Positions 19,780-29,900 of a stretch of DNA of 64,000 bases are shown here, one piece after another (position 1 is the first letter of the stretch; the number at the start of each line of letters is the position of its first letter). The position numbers and the translations under genes were made by a program. Below the pieces are notes generated by a model, which saw only the letters and a list, made by a program, of their open reading frames with translations, had not been told where the DNA came from and did not search any database. Location of the stretch: positions 256,001 to 320,000 of the forward strand of contig CBDCVR010000014.1 in the NCBI GenBank assembly GCA_965223155.1, given 5' to 3'. This DNA is from Candidatus Multivoradales bacterium. GTDB taxonomy: Bacteria; Acidobacteriota; Thermoanaerobaculia; Multivoradales; JAHEKO01.

Positions 19780-21266
19780 CCCCGAGCGGAGCGAGCGCCA
19801 GGGCGCAGGGCGTCACTGGAAGCTCCGAACGCTCCGGGGCGGACGCCAGCGGTCACGACAGACCCGACGGAGGCCGCCCTCAGCCCGGCCGGTCGCGAGC
19901 CGACGTCTTCGACACCCTCGACGCCACCGGCCTGGCCCGAGGCATCGCCCGCGGAGAGTTCTCGAGCTCCGAGCTCGTGGAACACTACCTCGGCCGGATT
20001 CGACAGCGAAACGGCGACCTCCAAGCGTTCGTCAAGGTCTTCGAGCGGCGTGCCCAACGCAGCGCCGGCCGCAAGGACCGGAAGATCCGGGGCAACCCGA
20101 CTCTGGACGCGTTCCACGGCGTCCCGATCGGCGTCAAAGACCTCAACCTGGTCCGCGCCTCCGTGGCCCGATTCGGCTCGCGGGCGGTACCGCCGATTCC
20201 ATCTCCCATCGACGACCGTACGGTCTCCCGGCTGCGCGCGGCCGGCTTCGTCCTGTTGGGGAAGACCGCCACCAGCGAGCTCGGTGCCATGCCTGTGGTC
20301 GAGCCCCGCACTCATCCTCCGACCCGCAATCCCCACGACCTCGACCGGTCGGCGGGCGGCTCCAGCGGGGGATCCGCCACGGCGGTGGCCGCGGGCCTGC
20401 TACCCATCGCCCACGGCAACGACGGCGGCGGCTCGATCCGCATCCCCGCCGCGTTCTGCGGCGTCTTCGGCTTCAAGCCTTCCCGCGGCCTCCTGGCCAA
20501 CCCCTACGGTCTGAACCCGACCCGATGCCTGTACACCTGCGGCGCCATCGCCCGTTCCGCCCGCGACCTACGCAACCTCACCGGCGCCATGCTGCCGGCG
20601 GGCCAGGAGCCCCTGGCGCGGAACGGATCCCGCCACCGCCGGCTGGTCATCCATCAAGTCGTGACCAGCGCCGTCGCCGCCACCACGAGCGAGGCGGTGG
20701 CCGCGGTCGAAGCCATCGGCCGGGTTCTGGCAGACCTCGGCCACGCGGTCCGAGCCCAGCCCCGGTTCGAAGGAGCCTTCGAGGACTTCCTTCCCCTCTA
20801 CCAGCACCTCCTGGCCGGGTTCAGACTGCTCCCGAAGCGCCGCCTGGAGCCAACGACCGCCTGGCTCTGTCGGGAGGGCCGCCGGATCCCCGAGACTGAG
20901 GCGAGCCGCCGGCACAGCGCCCTCGAACGAGACATCGACACCTGGCTGGGCGCGGCCGACATCGTGGTGAGTCCGACCGTCGGCTCGCCGCCACCCGCCA
21001 TCGGCGCCTGGAGCGCTCTAGCGCCCGGCGAAGCCTTCTTCGAAGCCGCCCGGCTCGGCGCCTACACCGCCCTCTACAACGTCGCCGGCATGCCGGCGGC
21101 CACGATTCCCGCCGGCTTCGATCGTTCCGGCTTGCCCCTCGGAGTCCAGGTCGCCGGCCGCCGGGGCACCGATGCCCTCGTCCTGGATCTGGCCGAGACC
21201 CTGGCCGACGCCGGCGCGATCCCGCTGCTGGCGCCGCTTGCCAGGGTCGCCGGCGAACAGACTTAG
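19776..21266 (+). CDS. Amidase-signature family enzyme
   Basis: [26 protein letters not shown] and [10 protein letters not shown]. The conserved N-terminus ([20 protein letters not shown]) lies upstream of the first GTG at 19977, so the start is placed tentatively at CTG 19776. Confidence 0.85.
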   Translation: MTPSGASARAQGVTGSSERSGADASGHDRPDGGRPQPGRSRADVFDTLDATGLARGIARGEFSSSELVEHYLGRIRQRNGDLQAFVKVFERRAQRSAGRKDRKIRGNPTLDAFHGVPIGVKDLNLVRASVARFGSRAVPPIPSPIDDRTVSRLRAAGFVLLGKTATSELGAMPVVEPRTHPPTRNPHDLDRSAGGSSGGSATAVAAGLLPIAHGNDGGGSIRIPAAFCGVFGFKPSRGLLANPYGLNPTRCLYTCGAIARSARDLRNLTGAMLPAGQEPLARNGSRHRRLVIHQVVTSAVAATTSEAVAAVEAIGRVLADLGHAVRAQPRFEGAFEDFLPLYQHLLAGFRLLPKRRLEPTTAWLCREGRRIPETEASRRHSALERDIDTWLGAADIVVSPTVGSPPPAIGAWSALAPGEAFFEAARLGAYTALYNVAGMPAATIPAGFDRSGLPLGVQVAGRRGTDALVLDLAETLADAGAIPLLAPLARVAGEQT

Positions 21267-21280
21267 CAGTCTGGGAGAAG
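21264..21280 (+). promoter_or_regulatory. Cluster motif copy (TAGCAGTCTGGGAGAAG) with -10-like CAGAGT 21 nt downstream
   Basis: Consensus match overlapping the amidase stop codon, upstream of the FeeM-like gene. Confidence 0.65.
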
Positions 21281-21321
21281 CCGCCGGACGCGCGCCCCCG
21301 GCAGAGTTTCCGGGGACGCGT

Positions 21322-22155
21322 ATGACGATCCGTGGCTCGACCTCTATCAAGACACCTCAACGGCCGACTCTGGCCGAGGCCGTTTGCCAGGGATTTCAGA
21401 CCCTGCCGGAAGGCTGGTCGGTAGGAAGCGCCGACACGCGGCCGAGGCTCGAGCGGGCCTGCCGGCTTCTCTACCGCGAGTACCTCGAGCGCGGGTACTG
21501 CGCGCCCAGTCCCTGGCGGCTCCACTACTCGCCGCATATGTTCGGTGAGCGGTCCAGGACGTTCGTCCAAACCGCCTCGGGCACGGTCCAGGGCACCCTC
21601 AGCATCTTCCCGGACGACGCCCAGGGCCTGCCTCTCGAATCCCTCTACCGGCGGGAGATCGACGACCTGCGCGGGCGCGGCCTGGGCTTGGCCGAGATCG
21701 GTCTCCTGGCGTGCCGCGGCGGACCGGGCCAGGCGCCCGACGCTGGAGCCCGGCTGCAAAGCCTCTTCCTGCTCTTCAAGATCGCGGTCAGCTACGGCCG
21801 CTCGCTCGGGATCTCCCATCTCCTGATCGCCATCCACCCCCGGCACCGCCGGCTCTACGAGTCCCTGGGCTTTCTCAAGATGAGCAAGGTGCGCAGCTAT
21901 CCGGCGGTCCGCGGCCACCCGGCGCTGCCCATGCTGCAAGACCTGGGAAAGGAGACCGAGGAAGCCGACGGCGCCGTACGCCGCTTCTTTCTCGGCAACC
22001 CCGTTGCCCCCGAGCGCTTTCGGCGCTCTCTTGACGGTGGCGACGATCCGTTTGCCGAGCTCTTTGGAGACACCTTCCATGCCTGGCGCCGGCGCAGGCG
22101 CGCACCGGTCGAACGGCACGCGCCTGCGGTCGCTTTGCAACCCGGCACGCTCTAG
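21322..22155 (+). CDS. FeeM-like N-acyl amino acid synthase (GNAT fold)
   Basis: RLLYREYLERGY, GTLSIFPDDAQGLPLESLYRREIDDLR, LAEIGLLA, IAIHPRHRRLYESLGF and YPAVRGHPA match the FeeM/NAS pattern. Confidence 0.8.
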   Translation: MTIRGSTSIKTPQRPTLAEAVCQGFQTLPEGWSVGSADTRPRLERACRLLYREYLERGYCAPSPWRLHYSPHMFGERSRTFVQTASGTVQGTLSIFPDDAQGLPLESLYRREIDDLRGRGLGLAEIGLLACRGGPGQAPDAGARLQSLFLLFKIAVSYGRSLGISHLLIAIHPRHRRLYESLGFLKMSKVRSYPAVRGHPALPMLQDLGKETEEADGAVRRFFLGNPVAPERFRRSLDGGDDPFAELFGDTFHAWRRRRRAPVERHAPAVALQPGTL

Positions 22156-22164
22156 GAGGCACCC

Positions 22165-23544
22165 ATGCGCAGATTCGTCCTTCTCATGCTGCTCGTCGCC
22201 TCGGTGGCCTCGGCCGCCACCCACCCGGGGCTGCGCAACCTCATGTCCAAGGCGTACTCGCCGTCGGTGATCGACGCCCACCTCTTCGACAACCTCTGGC
22301 GGTCGTGGGAGGCGCCGGCCCGGGAGGCGGCGCGCCAGGCGGCGCCCGCGCAACGCAGAGCCATGACCCTGGATCGATACGGCCTGCTGGAGGCCCCCTA
22401 CCCCAACGGAGGCGCGCCGCTCGGATTCGTGGTCAAGGACGACGGCACCTGGGCCATGACCTGCCTCATCTGCCACGCCGGTTCGGTCGAGGGCCGCACT
22501 GTGCTGGGACTGCCCAACAACGCCCTCGACTTCAGCTCGATCTACGAAGACATCGGCCAGACGGTAACGATGCTGCACGGCGATGAGCCCGGCGCTCCCG
22601 ACTTCCCGCAGGGACTCCTGACCTTCGCCAGCCCCGAGAATCCGGGTACCGTGCACTTTCCGGAGGGACTCTTGAGCGTCTCCCGCGGCACTGTCAATTC
22701 CTTCACCTTTAGCGTCTACTTCCTGTCGCTGCGCGACCAAGACCTCAACCTGCGCGACGCCCCGCTGGACCTGCCGCGACTCAATCACTACCTCGACGCG
22801 CCGCCTCTGTGGCACACCGCCAAGCGGGCTTCGTTCTACTCGGACGCTTTCGCCGAGAAGACGGTCCGGCCGCTCATGCAGTTCTCGCTCGATCCGTCCT
22901 TCGGGCCCGAAGTCTTCAAGGCCTGGGAGGCCGACTACGTCGAGATCTTCGATTGGCTGCACACCCTCGAAGCGCCGCGCTACTCCGGACCGGTCGATGC
23001 GGCCGCGGCCTCGGCCGGAGCCGGGATCTACTCGGAGCATTGCTCCAAGTGCCACGGAATCCCGGGTCCAGAAGGCGACTACGAGAACAAGGTCGTTCCG
23101 GTGGGCAAGGTGCGTACCGACCGAGCCCGCCTGGACGGCCTGGCGCCCGAGTTCCGGCGCCACCTCGGCGAATCCTGGCTCGGCGCCTACGGAGAAACCC
23201 GAATCGACACCGCGCCCGAGGGCTACACACCGCCGCCGCTCGACGGCATCTGGGCCACGGCTCCCTATTTCCACAACGGCTCGGTCCCCACCCTGTTCCA
23301 CGTGCTCTTCCCAGCCGAGCGCCCGGTGGTCTGGAGGGTCACCGACTACGCCGCCTACGATCATCGACGGATGGGGCTCACGATCGAGGAGTACGACCGC
23401 CTGCCCGCGACCCAGGGGCGGTCCGACGCTCGCGCCTTCTACGACACGAATCGGTTCTCGATGAGCGCCGGCGGACATCCTTTCGCCGACGAGCTGGACC
23501 GGAGCCAGCGCCTGGATCTACTCGAGTATCTGAAGACGCTCTAG
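22165..23544 (+). CDS. Exported diheme c-type cytochrome (RoxA / CcP-MauG-like superfamily)
   Basis: Signal peptide, two CxxCH motifs (CLICH, CSKCH), PPLDGIWATAPYFHNGSVPTL and C-terminal GH...LLEYLKTL. Confidence 0.8.
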   Translation: MRRFVLLMLLVASVASAATHPGLRNLMSKAYSPSVIDAHLFDNLWRSWEAPAREAARQAAPAQRRAMTLDRYGLLEAPYPNGGAPLGFVVKDDGTWAMTCLICHAGSVEGRTVLGLPNNALDFSSIYEDIGQTVTMLHGDEPGAPDFPQGLLTFASPENPGTVHFPEGLLSVSRGTVNSFTFSVYFLSLRDQDLNLRDAPLDLPRLNHYLDAPPLWHTAKRASFYSDAFAEKTVRPLMQFSLDPSFGPEVFKAWEADYVEIFDWLHTLEAPRYSGPVDAAAASAGAGIYSEHCSKCHGIPGPEGDYENKVVPVGKVRTDRARLDGLAPEFRRHLGESWLGAYGETRIDTAPEGYTPPPLDGIWATAPYFHNGSVPTLFHVLFPAERPVVWRVTDYAAYDHRRMGLTIEEYDRLPATQGRSDARAFYDTNRFSMSAGGHPFADELDRSQRLDLLEYLKTL

Positions 23545-23571
23545 CAGGCGAGCCGGCTCACGGCCGAATCG

Positions 23572-24114
23572 TCAGCGCGAGCTCCCGGCAGGCTCGGGCG
23601 CCTCGGCCGGCTTGATCGAGGCATGGGCATGGACGATCCGCCAGGGCCCCTCGGGTCGAGCCCGGGAGAAGACCAGAGTCTCGGCGGTCTCGACCACTGA
23701 CGCCTCTTCGCCCACCCGGGTTTCGAAGTCTCCGCGGTAGCGGGCGAAGGCCATGGTCCCTTCCGGCGCCACGAAGACCTCGACGTCCCGCAGACGCCAC
23801 GACTCGACGGTCATGTCCTCGCCGGCGAGAAGCGCCACGTAGTCGTCCTTCCCGAATTCGACGGCGCCATCGGTGTAGAGAACGAACTCGCGGGCCATGA
23901 GGTCGCCGACGCCATCCCAGTCCCCGCGCTCGGCCAGAACAAAAAAGCTCTCGACCGCCCGTTGGACCGCGCTTCGCGCCTCCCCGAGCGCCGCGTCGAG
24001 CTGGGGCTTGGCGTCCGCGCCTGAAGCCGGGCCGCCGGACGCGGCCAGCACGACGAGCATCGAGACGACCCCGACGATCCGTGCCGGTATCGTGACTTGC
24101 CTAGACTGCTGCAT
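23572..24114 (-). CDS. Exported NTF2-fold (DUF4440/SnoaL-like) protein
   Basis: N-terminal hydrophobic signal, ERGDWDGVGDLM and C-terminal WRIVHAHAS; last gene of the pksE operon. Confidence 0.75.
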   Translation of the reverse strand: MQQSRQVTIPARIVGVVSMLVVLAASGGPASGADAKPQLDAALGEARSAVQRAVESFFVLAERGDWDGVGDLMAREFVLYTDGAVEFGKDDYVALLAGEDMTVESWRLRDVEVFVAPEGTMAFARYRGDFETRVGEEASVVETAETLVFSRARPEGPWRIVHAHASIKPAEAPEPAGSSR

Positions 24115-25561
24115 CAGTACTCCTCCTTGGGGTTGGGTGTCTGAGCTCGGCCGGCGCGCGCGCGTCGAGTCGCAGCTCGAGGGCCGGATCGGGTCTCAGA
24201 GTGAGCGAGGCCTTCGCCGCCGGCGCCGGTCCAGCCGGACGCAGACGGAAGAGGCGGACGATCGCGGCAACCACGACCGTCGCCTCCAGGAGCGCGAAGC
24301 GACCGCCCAGACACGCCCGCTCGCCCGCGCCAAACGGCAGGAAGCAGCCGCGGGTGGCGGCGTCCTGCCCGGACCCCAGGAAGCGCTCCGGCGCGAACTC
24401 CTCGGGCCGGTCCCAGAACCGGGGGTGTCGATGGAGGCTCCAGATCCCCAACAAGACGTCGGTGCCGGCGGGGATCCGGTAGCCGCCAATCCGATCGGAT
24501 CGAATCGCGCGGCGCGTGATCATCCAGATCGGAGGGAACAGCCTCAGGGCCTCGTGCAGAACGGCCTTGAGGTACGGCAGCCGCTGGAGAGCGTCCGGAG
24601 GAACAGGTGCGGAACCGAAAGCGGCGGCAAGCTCGCCCGCCACCCGATCCTGCGCTTCGGCGTGGCTCGCCAGCAGCCAGCAGACCCAGGACAGCCAAGC
24701 GGCCGTGGTGTCGTGCCCGGCCAGAAGAAAGGTCAGGAGCTCCTCGACGGGAAGCTCAGCGTCTCCGTCTTCACCGTCGGCGGCTCGAATCGATCGCAAT
24801 AGCTGTCCGCCAGCCACCGCGCCGCCAGCCTCTGTGCGGGACAGCAGTCCACGGGCTACGACGCGAACCCGACACAGCGCCCGGCGGGCGGCGCGATTCG
24901 CCGGAGTTGGTACCGCCAGCGGTATGCGCAGGGGCGCGGCCATCCGGTCCATCGCCCAGTCTCCCAACCGGGAAAGCTCGCGCGCCAGCTCCGGGGCGTC
25001 AGCTGCCAGATCCACGCCCAGCAGCGTCCGGCCCAGAATTTCGAGCGTCAGCCGATCCAGGTCGTCGCCGACCGCGACCGTCTGGCCCTCCCGGGCCGGG
25101 CCGCTCCAGCGCCCGAGCATGGCCTCCGCCAGCGCCGCCATCTCCGGAACGTAGTCTCCGAGACGATCCGGGCCGAAGGCCGGCCGCAGCCGGCGGCGCT
25201 GACCGGCGGCCCGAGCGGCTGAGCTAGTCAAGGGTCCTCGTCCCAGAAAGGGTCGGGCTTCGGCCAGCCCCAGGCCCTTTTCGTACCGGCCGGGCTCTTC
25301 CCCAAGCACGCGCCGCAAGTGCTCGGGATCCCGGAGCAGCAGCAACCTGCGCCCGGGCATGCGAAACGCCACGACGTCTCCAAACTCGGCAAAGGCCCGG
25401 TCCACGAACGCCAGGCGATCGCTGCGGACCTCGGCCAGAGACCCCACGAGCCGGCGGCCGCGGGGTCCGGGGACCGCCCGCCATGGGCGGGCCGGAGCCC
25501 GGGCCGATCCGCCGGCCGCGGAGGTGCGAGCGCCGAGAGCCGGCGTTCCGAGGCCGCTCAC
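24101..25561 (-). CDS. Cytochrome P450 (enediyne E7-like position)
   Basis: AGHDTT I-helix, EALR ExxR, PERF and FGAGERACLG heme motif; coupled to the thioesterase stop. Confidence 0.95.
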   Translation of the reverse strand: MSGLGTPALGARTSAAGGSARAPARPWRAVPGPRGRRLVGSLAEVRSDRLAFVDRAFAEFGDVVAFRMPGRRLLLLRDPEHLRRVLGEEPGRYEKGLGLAEARPFLGRGPLTSSAARAAGQRRRLRPAFGPDRLGDYVPEMAALAEAMLGRWSGPAREGQTVAVGDDLDRLTLEILGRTLLGVDLAADAPELARELSRLGDWAMDRMAAPLRIPLAVPTPANRAARRALCRVRVVARGLLSRTEAGGAVAGGQLLRSIRAADGEDGDAELPVEELLTFLLAGHDTTAAWLSWVCWLLASHAEAQDRVAGELAAAFGSAPVPPDALQRLPYLKAVLHEALRLFPPIWMITRRAIRSDRIGGYRIPAGTDVLLGIWSLHRHPRFWDRPEEFAPERFLGSGQDAATRGCFLPFGAGERACLGGRFALLEATVVVAAIVRLFRLRPAGPAPAAKASLTLRPDPALELRLDARAPAELRHPTPRRSTDAAV

Positions 25562-26001
25562 GCCGCGACCCCATTCGCCTGGTACCGGACCAAGGCCCGG
25601 TGCAGCGACTCGGGGATTGGCGCCGGGACGTACTCGTCGCCGGCGCGGCGCATGACCACGACCTGCTGCTCTCCCCGGGCCACGAGCTCCTCGGCGCCGC
25701 CTTCGCGAGCCTTGCGCCGGTACTCGAAAGCGAGCGTGATCCGGTTCTGCACCATCTCCTTCAAGCTCATGCGTACCAGGACCTCGTCGAAAGCGACGAG
25801 CTCTGAGGCGTACTCACACGAACAGCGCGACGTCAGCAGGCCCAGATCTCGAGCCAGCTCATCGAGCACGTCGGGACAGTGGTCGCGCAAGAACATCTCC
25901 CGGCAGCGGCCCTGCCAGCTCAGGAAGTTCGAGTAGTACACGTTGCCGACCAGGTTGGTCTCCTGAAACCCCACCACATGGGAGTACTCGTAGTAGCGCA
26001 T
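25558..26001 (-). CDS. tebC: Enediyne hot-dog thioesterase (SgcE10/DynE7/CalE7 type)
   Basis: YYEYSHVVGFQETNLVGNVYY...WQGRCREMFL signature; 147 aa. Confidence 0.93.
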   Translation of the reverse strand: MRYYEYSHVVGFQETNLVGNVYYSNFLSWQGRCREMFLRDHCPDVLDELARDLGLLTSRCSCEYASELVAFDEVLVRMSLKEMVQNRITLAFEYRRKAREGGAEELVARGEQQVVVMRRAGDEYVPAPIPESLHRALVRYQANGVAA

Positions 26002-26057
26002 GCGGCCTCAGGAAGGGATCTCGGGGAGCGCCGCGGCTTGCCAGGAGACGGCCCGGG

Positions 26058-26954
26058 TCATCGGCCCGGTCCCCCACCAATCCGCCCGCTATCCCGTCCC
26101 GGGCTTGCTTCCGACCGCTTCGACGCCATGCGCCGCGCCAGCAGCAGCGGCAGCGCGAGCAGGATCGGTGGATCCGTGGGCAGCGACTCGCGCAGCACCA
26201 GATCGGTATCGCCGATCAGACGCCCACCGCTGACCACGACCGAGCGCTCAGTCGAGCCCGCCCGCAGCGCGTTTTCGTACAGCAGGTAGTCCCTGGGGTC
26301 CGAGGACCAGGAGAGGCCGAGTCCCAGGAGGTGGTACTCGCCATCGGGCAGCGTGGGCAGCCGGTAGGACCCCGGCCGGGTCACGAGGGCGCAGGCCTCG
26401 GGCTCGGTCTGAGGAACCGCTCCCTCGAAGAGGCCCACGAAAATCAACCCGTCAAAGCCGTCCGGGGCCTCGATCCGGCCGGCAGCGGGCCCTTCCGCCG
26501 CGAAGCCGCCGCCACGCGCCCGCCCTCTGCGCAAGCAGTCCACCGCCGCGCCCGCGTCCTGCCGGCTGAGCCGCCGGAAGTGGCTGGGAGCCAGTCCCAC
26601 CAGCTCGGCGAAGCGCCGGGTAAACGTGCCCAGGCTGCTGTAGCCGACCTCGAGCGACACGTCGGTGACGCTCATCTCCGACTCCAGCAAGAGACGCTTG
26701 GCGCTGGCCAGCCGCAACGCGGTCAGGAACCGGCACGGCGGCACACCGGTCACCTCCTTGAACACCCGATTCAGATGGAACGGGCTCATGATGGCGACGT
26801 CGGCCATCTGTTTCAGCGAGAACTCTTCGTCCAGGTTCTTCTCCATTTCGCCAACAAGGCGCTCGATCGCCGTGCGGTAGAAGGAGTCCGTCTCGGCGCG
26901 GTGCACCGGCGGCTGGGACGGAGTCGCGATCGCGGATTGGACCATTTCAGACAT
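26058..26954 (-). CDS. AraC-family regulator with N-terminal HTH pair and C-terminal extension
   Basis: MSPFHLNRVFKEVTGVPP and VGYSSLGTFTRRFAELVG; ATG at 26954 after GAGGGAG overlaps the pksE stop. Confidence 0.9.
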   Translation of the reverse strand: MSEMVQSAIATPSQPPVHRAETDSFYRTAIERLVGEMEKNLDEEFSLKQMADVAIMSPFHLNRVFKEVTGVPPCRFLTALRLASAKRLLLESEMSVTDVSLEVGYSSLGTFTRRFAELVGLAPSHFRRLSRQDAGAAVDCLRRGRARGGGFAAEGPAAGRIEAPDGFDGLIFVGLFEGAVPQTEPEACALVTRPGSYRLPTLPDGEYHLLGLGLSWSSDPRDYLLYENALRAGSTERSVVVSGGRLIGDTDLVLRESLPTDPPILLALPLLLARRMASKRSEASPGRDSGRIGGGPGR

Positions 26955-29900
26955 CGATGGCTCCCTCTTCATGAACGAACGTGAACGTCAACGGTGCCGG
27001 TCCGCCCCGGAGCGAGGTGGCGTAGCTGGCCAGCGCGCGAGTCCCGGAGCGCAGCGCCAGCCAACCGTCATCCTCGGAACGGACCAGCGTCAACGGAGCG
27101 GTGGCCGGAAGGCCCACCTTGCGCAGGCACTCCAGGGCCGTCCAGACCCGCGTTCTCGCGGTCGCCAGATCCTCGTGGCAGAGATCGGCGATTCTGCCGG
27201 CGAGGTCGAGCCGCTCCCAGGACAGAATCTCCGCCCAGTCCTCGTCGGCTCGTGACACGACCGGTTCGAGATCGCATCCGACCTCGTCTGCGGCGCGGAT
27301 CGCCAGCGTCACACCGTCGGCATGCGCAATCGAGATTCCGCCGCGGCCGCCACCGCCGCCACCCTCGTCGGACAGCAGGAGTTGGGGCCTGCCGTCGGGC
27401 CGGTAGCGCAAGGTTTCTCCGGACCCGAGCAGGCGCTCCAGAGCCCGTTCCTTGGCACCTTCCCGATCTAGGCTCTCGGTCGGCGCGACCGACACCGCCA
27501 GGTCCGGTGCGGACAGCAGGTCCTCGAGACGCCGTTCCAGATATGGCCGCAGGGTCGCGGCCGGCCAGCTCGTCTCCGGAGCCCGGGGGGCCGCGATGCG
27601 CAGCTCGAGGCCGTGCCAGCGCTCCCGCACCAGGCCGTCGGCACCCACGATTTCGAGCTGGTAGAAGAGGCTGTCGCCATCCCGGCGGAGCTCGGTCGCC
27701 TCCACCTCCCAGGACTCTTCGGCCGGCAACGAGCCCGTCTCGATGCGATCGACGCCCACCGGCAAGACGGTGGCGTGTGGGATCGAGGCTTGAACGCTGT
27801 GAATGGCGGCGTCGCGCGCGGCCGGATCCCCCAACACCAACCCCGCAGGCAGATAGCGGCCGAACCAGGCGACGGCGCCGTCGGCGCCGATGGCTGCCCG
27901 GGAATGGTGGGCGCTGAGCTGCCGGTAGCCAGTGACCCGCTGGAACCTTCCGGTTTGAAAGAGACATCCGCCGTAGAGATCGGTGCCGGGATCGAGAGCC
28001 AGGAACTCCTCCGTGCAGGCCGGCGCCTGAGGCGCCGGCTCGGGCCGATCGAAGCGACAGCGAGCACGGAAGTGATCCACGTCGAACCCGGTGGCCGCGC
28101 TTCGAACTACGACTTCGATGATTTCGGGCGCGGTGCGCAAGCCGGCGATCCGCACCTTCAAGGGTCCGTCCTCGGGAACCTGCAGCGCCCGCTCGAAGCG
28201 AACGGCCTCCAGGACGGGCGGACGGTCGGCGCCCTGGATGGCCATGGCGACCTGGCAGATGGCCTCGAGGCCCAGGACCGCGGGCACCAGCGGCGCGCCC
28301 AGAACCACGTGGTCGGCAAGATAGGGATCGGTCTCGACCGCGAGCTCGGCATCGACCACCAATTCGACTCCGGGATAGTGAAGCCGAGGGAACTCCAGAA
28401 ACCGCCGGAGCGGGAGTCTCCCGGTCTCGCGCTCGAGGGTCGGCAAGTCCCCCATCCGCCCAGCCACGACGCAGCGACCACCGACCTCGCACCTTCCTTC
28501 GAGCAGCTCGTTCAAGATCCGGACCCCGTCATCGACCCCGATGGGACTGATGCCCTGGCGGGCCAACGACTCCACCGTGCCGAGGCGCTCTCCCATCCCG
28601 GCTCCGGCCCAGATCGACCAGTCGATGGTCAGCGTCCGGCAGGCTGGGTGGTCTCGTCCGAACGCCTCCAGGCAAGCCGCCATCCACTCGTTGGCCAGGC
28701 CGTAGTGGGACTCCCCGGCCAGTCCGGTCCGCGCGATAAGCGAGCCGAACGCCACCACCAGCCGCAGGCGCTCGGGATCGAGGGCCGCCAGCAGGTTTCG
28801 GAGGCCCTCGACCTTCGGCGCCAGCGCCTGCGCGAACGCCCCGAGGTCCAGGGTCGAGAGCAGACCGGGCCTGTTCGAGCCGGCGCCGTGAAGGAGTGCC
28901 GTGATCTCGCCCAAGTCTTCCCGAGCGGTGGCCAGGGCGCGCGTCACCCCGGCCGGATCGCAAACGTCGACCGGCAGATAGCGGAACCGGGCTCCAAGCG
29001 AGCGGAGCCGGTCCAGGTTGGCCGCCAGCTCAGTGTCGTCGCCGGGATCGGACCGGCCTAGAAGAGCCAAGGCCGCGCCGTAGCGCCGGCCGAGCTCGAG
29101 GGCGCATTCCGCGGCGATTCCCTTGCCGCCGCCGCTCACCACCACGACGTCGTCCCGGCCAAGGACCGGAGTCTTGGCAACGATACCGTCTTTCGCCAGG
29201 CGCAGCACCGGGACCCGCCGATTGCCGGACCGGTCGTAGCGCGCATGCACGAAGCCCTCGGCCGATCGAGCCTCGGCCACGATCCAATCCAGAGCACCCT
29301 CGGCACTCTCGGGAATCTCGACCACGCAGGTCGCTGTCGGCTCCGTTTCCAGATGGAACGACCGGGCGAACGACGCCGCGAGCGTTCGGTGCTGGACGAT
29401 CAAGAGCCGGTCATCGCCCGATGCTTCCACCTCCCGAACGGCCTGGAGAAGGAGGCCTAGGGACTCCGAGTCTGGACCCTCGGGGAGATAGACGGCGGTT
29501 CCCGAGCCACGGCCGGAGGCGGCAAGCGCCCGTTGCAGATCGCCCGCGAACTCGGTGTCTGGCGGCGCCACGACCCGCCACCTTCCCCGCTCTCTCGCCG
29601 TACTTTCTGGTCCCCGGGCCGGCCGCCGAACCGGCAGTGGGCGCTCCTCGAAAGCCACCACGAAGGGACGAACCCAACTGCCGACTCCCGCGGGAGTCGC
29701 CCCGCTTTCGAGGTCCGCGACCCCGGTCGCCCCAACCTCATCCAGGAAGCCCGCCAGCTCGGCAATCGAAAAGGTCGCCAGGTCGGTGGGCAGAGTGAGA
29801 TCGCCGAGACCCAGCTCGCGCGCCGCCCGCATCGCGACTTGGGTCACCCGGATCGAGCTCAGGTGGAGATCTTCCAGCAAGCGCTGGTCCTCGGCCAAGG

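Noticed and set aside
20821-23478. 885-aa minus-strand ORF and many other long antisense ORFs (e.g. 33788-35770, 52138-53769, 4625-6346)
   Set aside because: These are shadow or alternate frames of well-supported genes in high-GC DNA, Arg/Pro/Gly-rich with no motifs.
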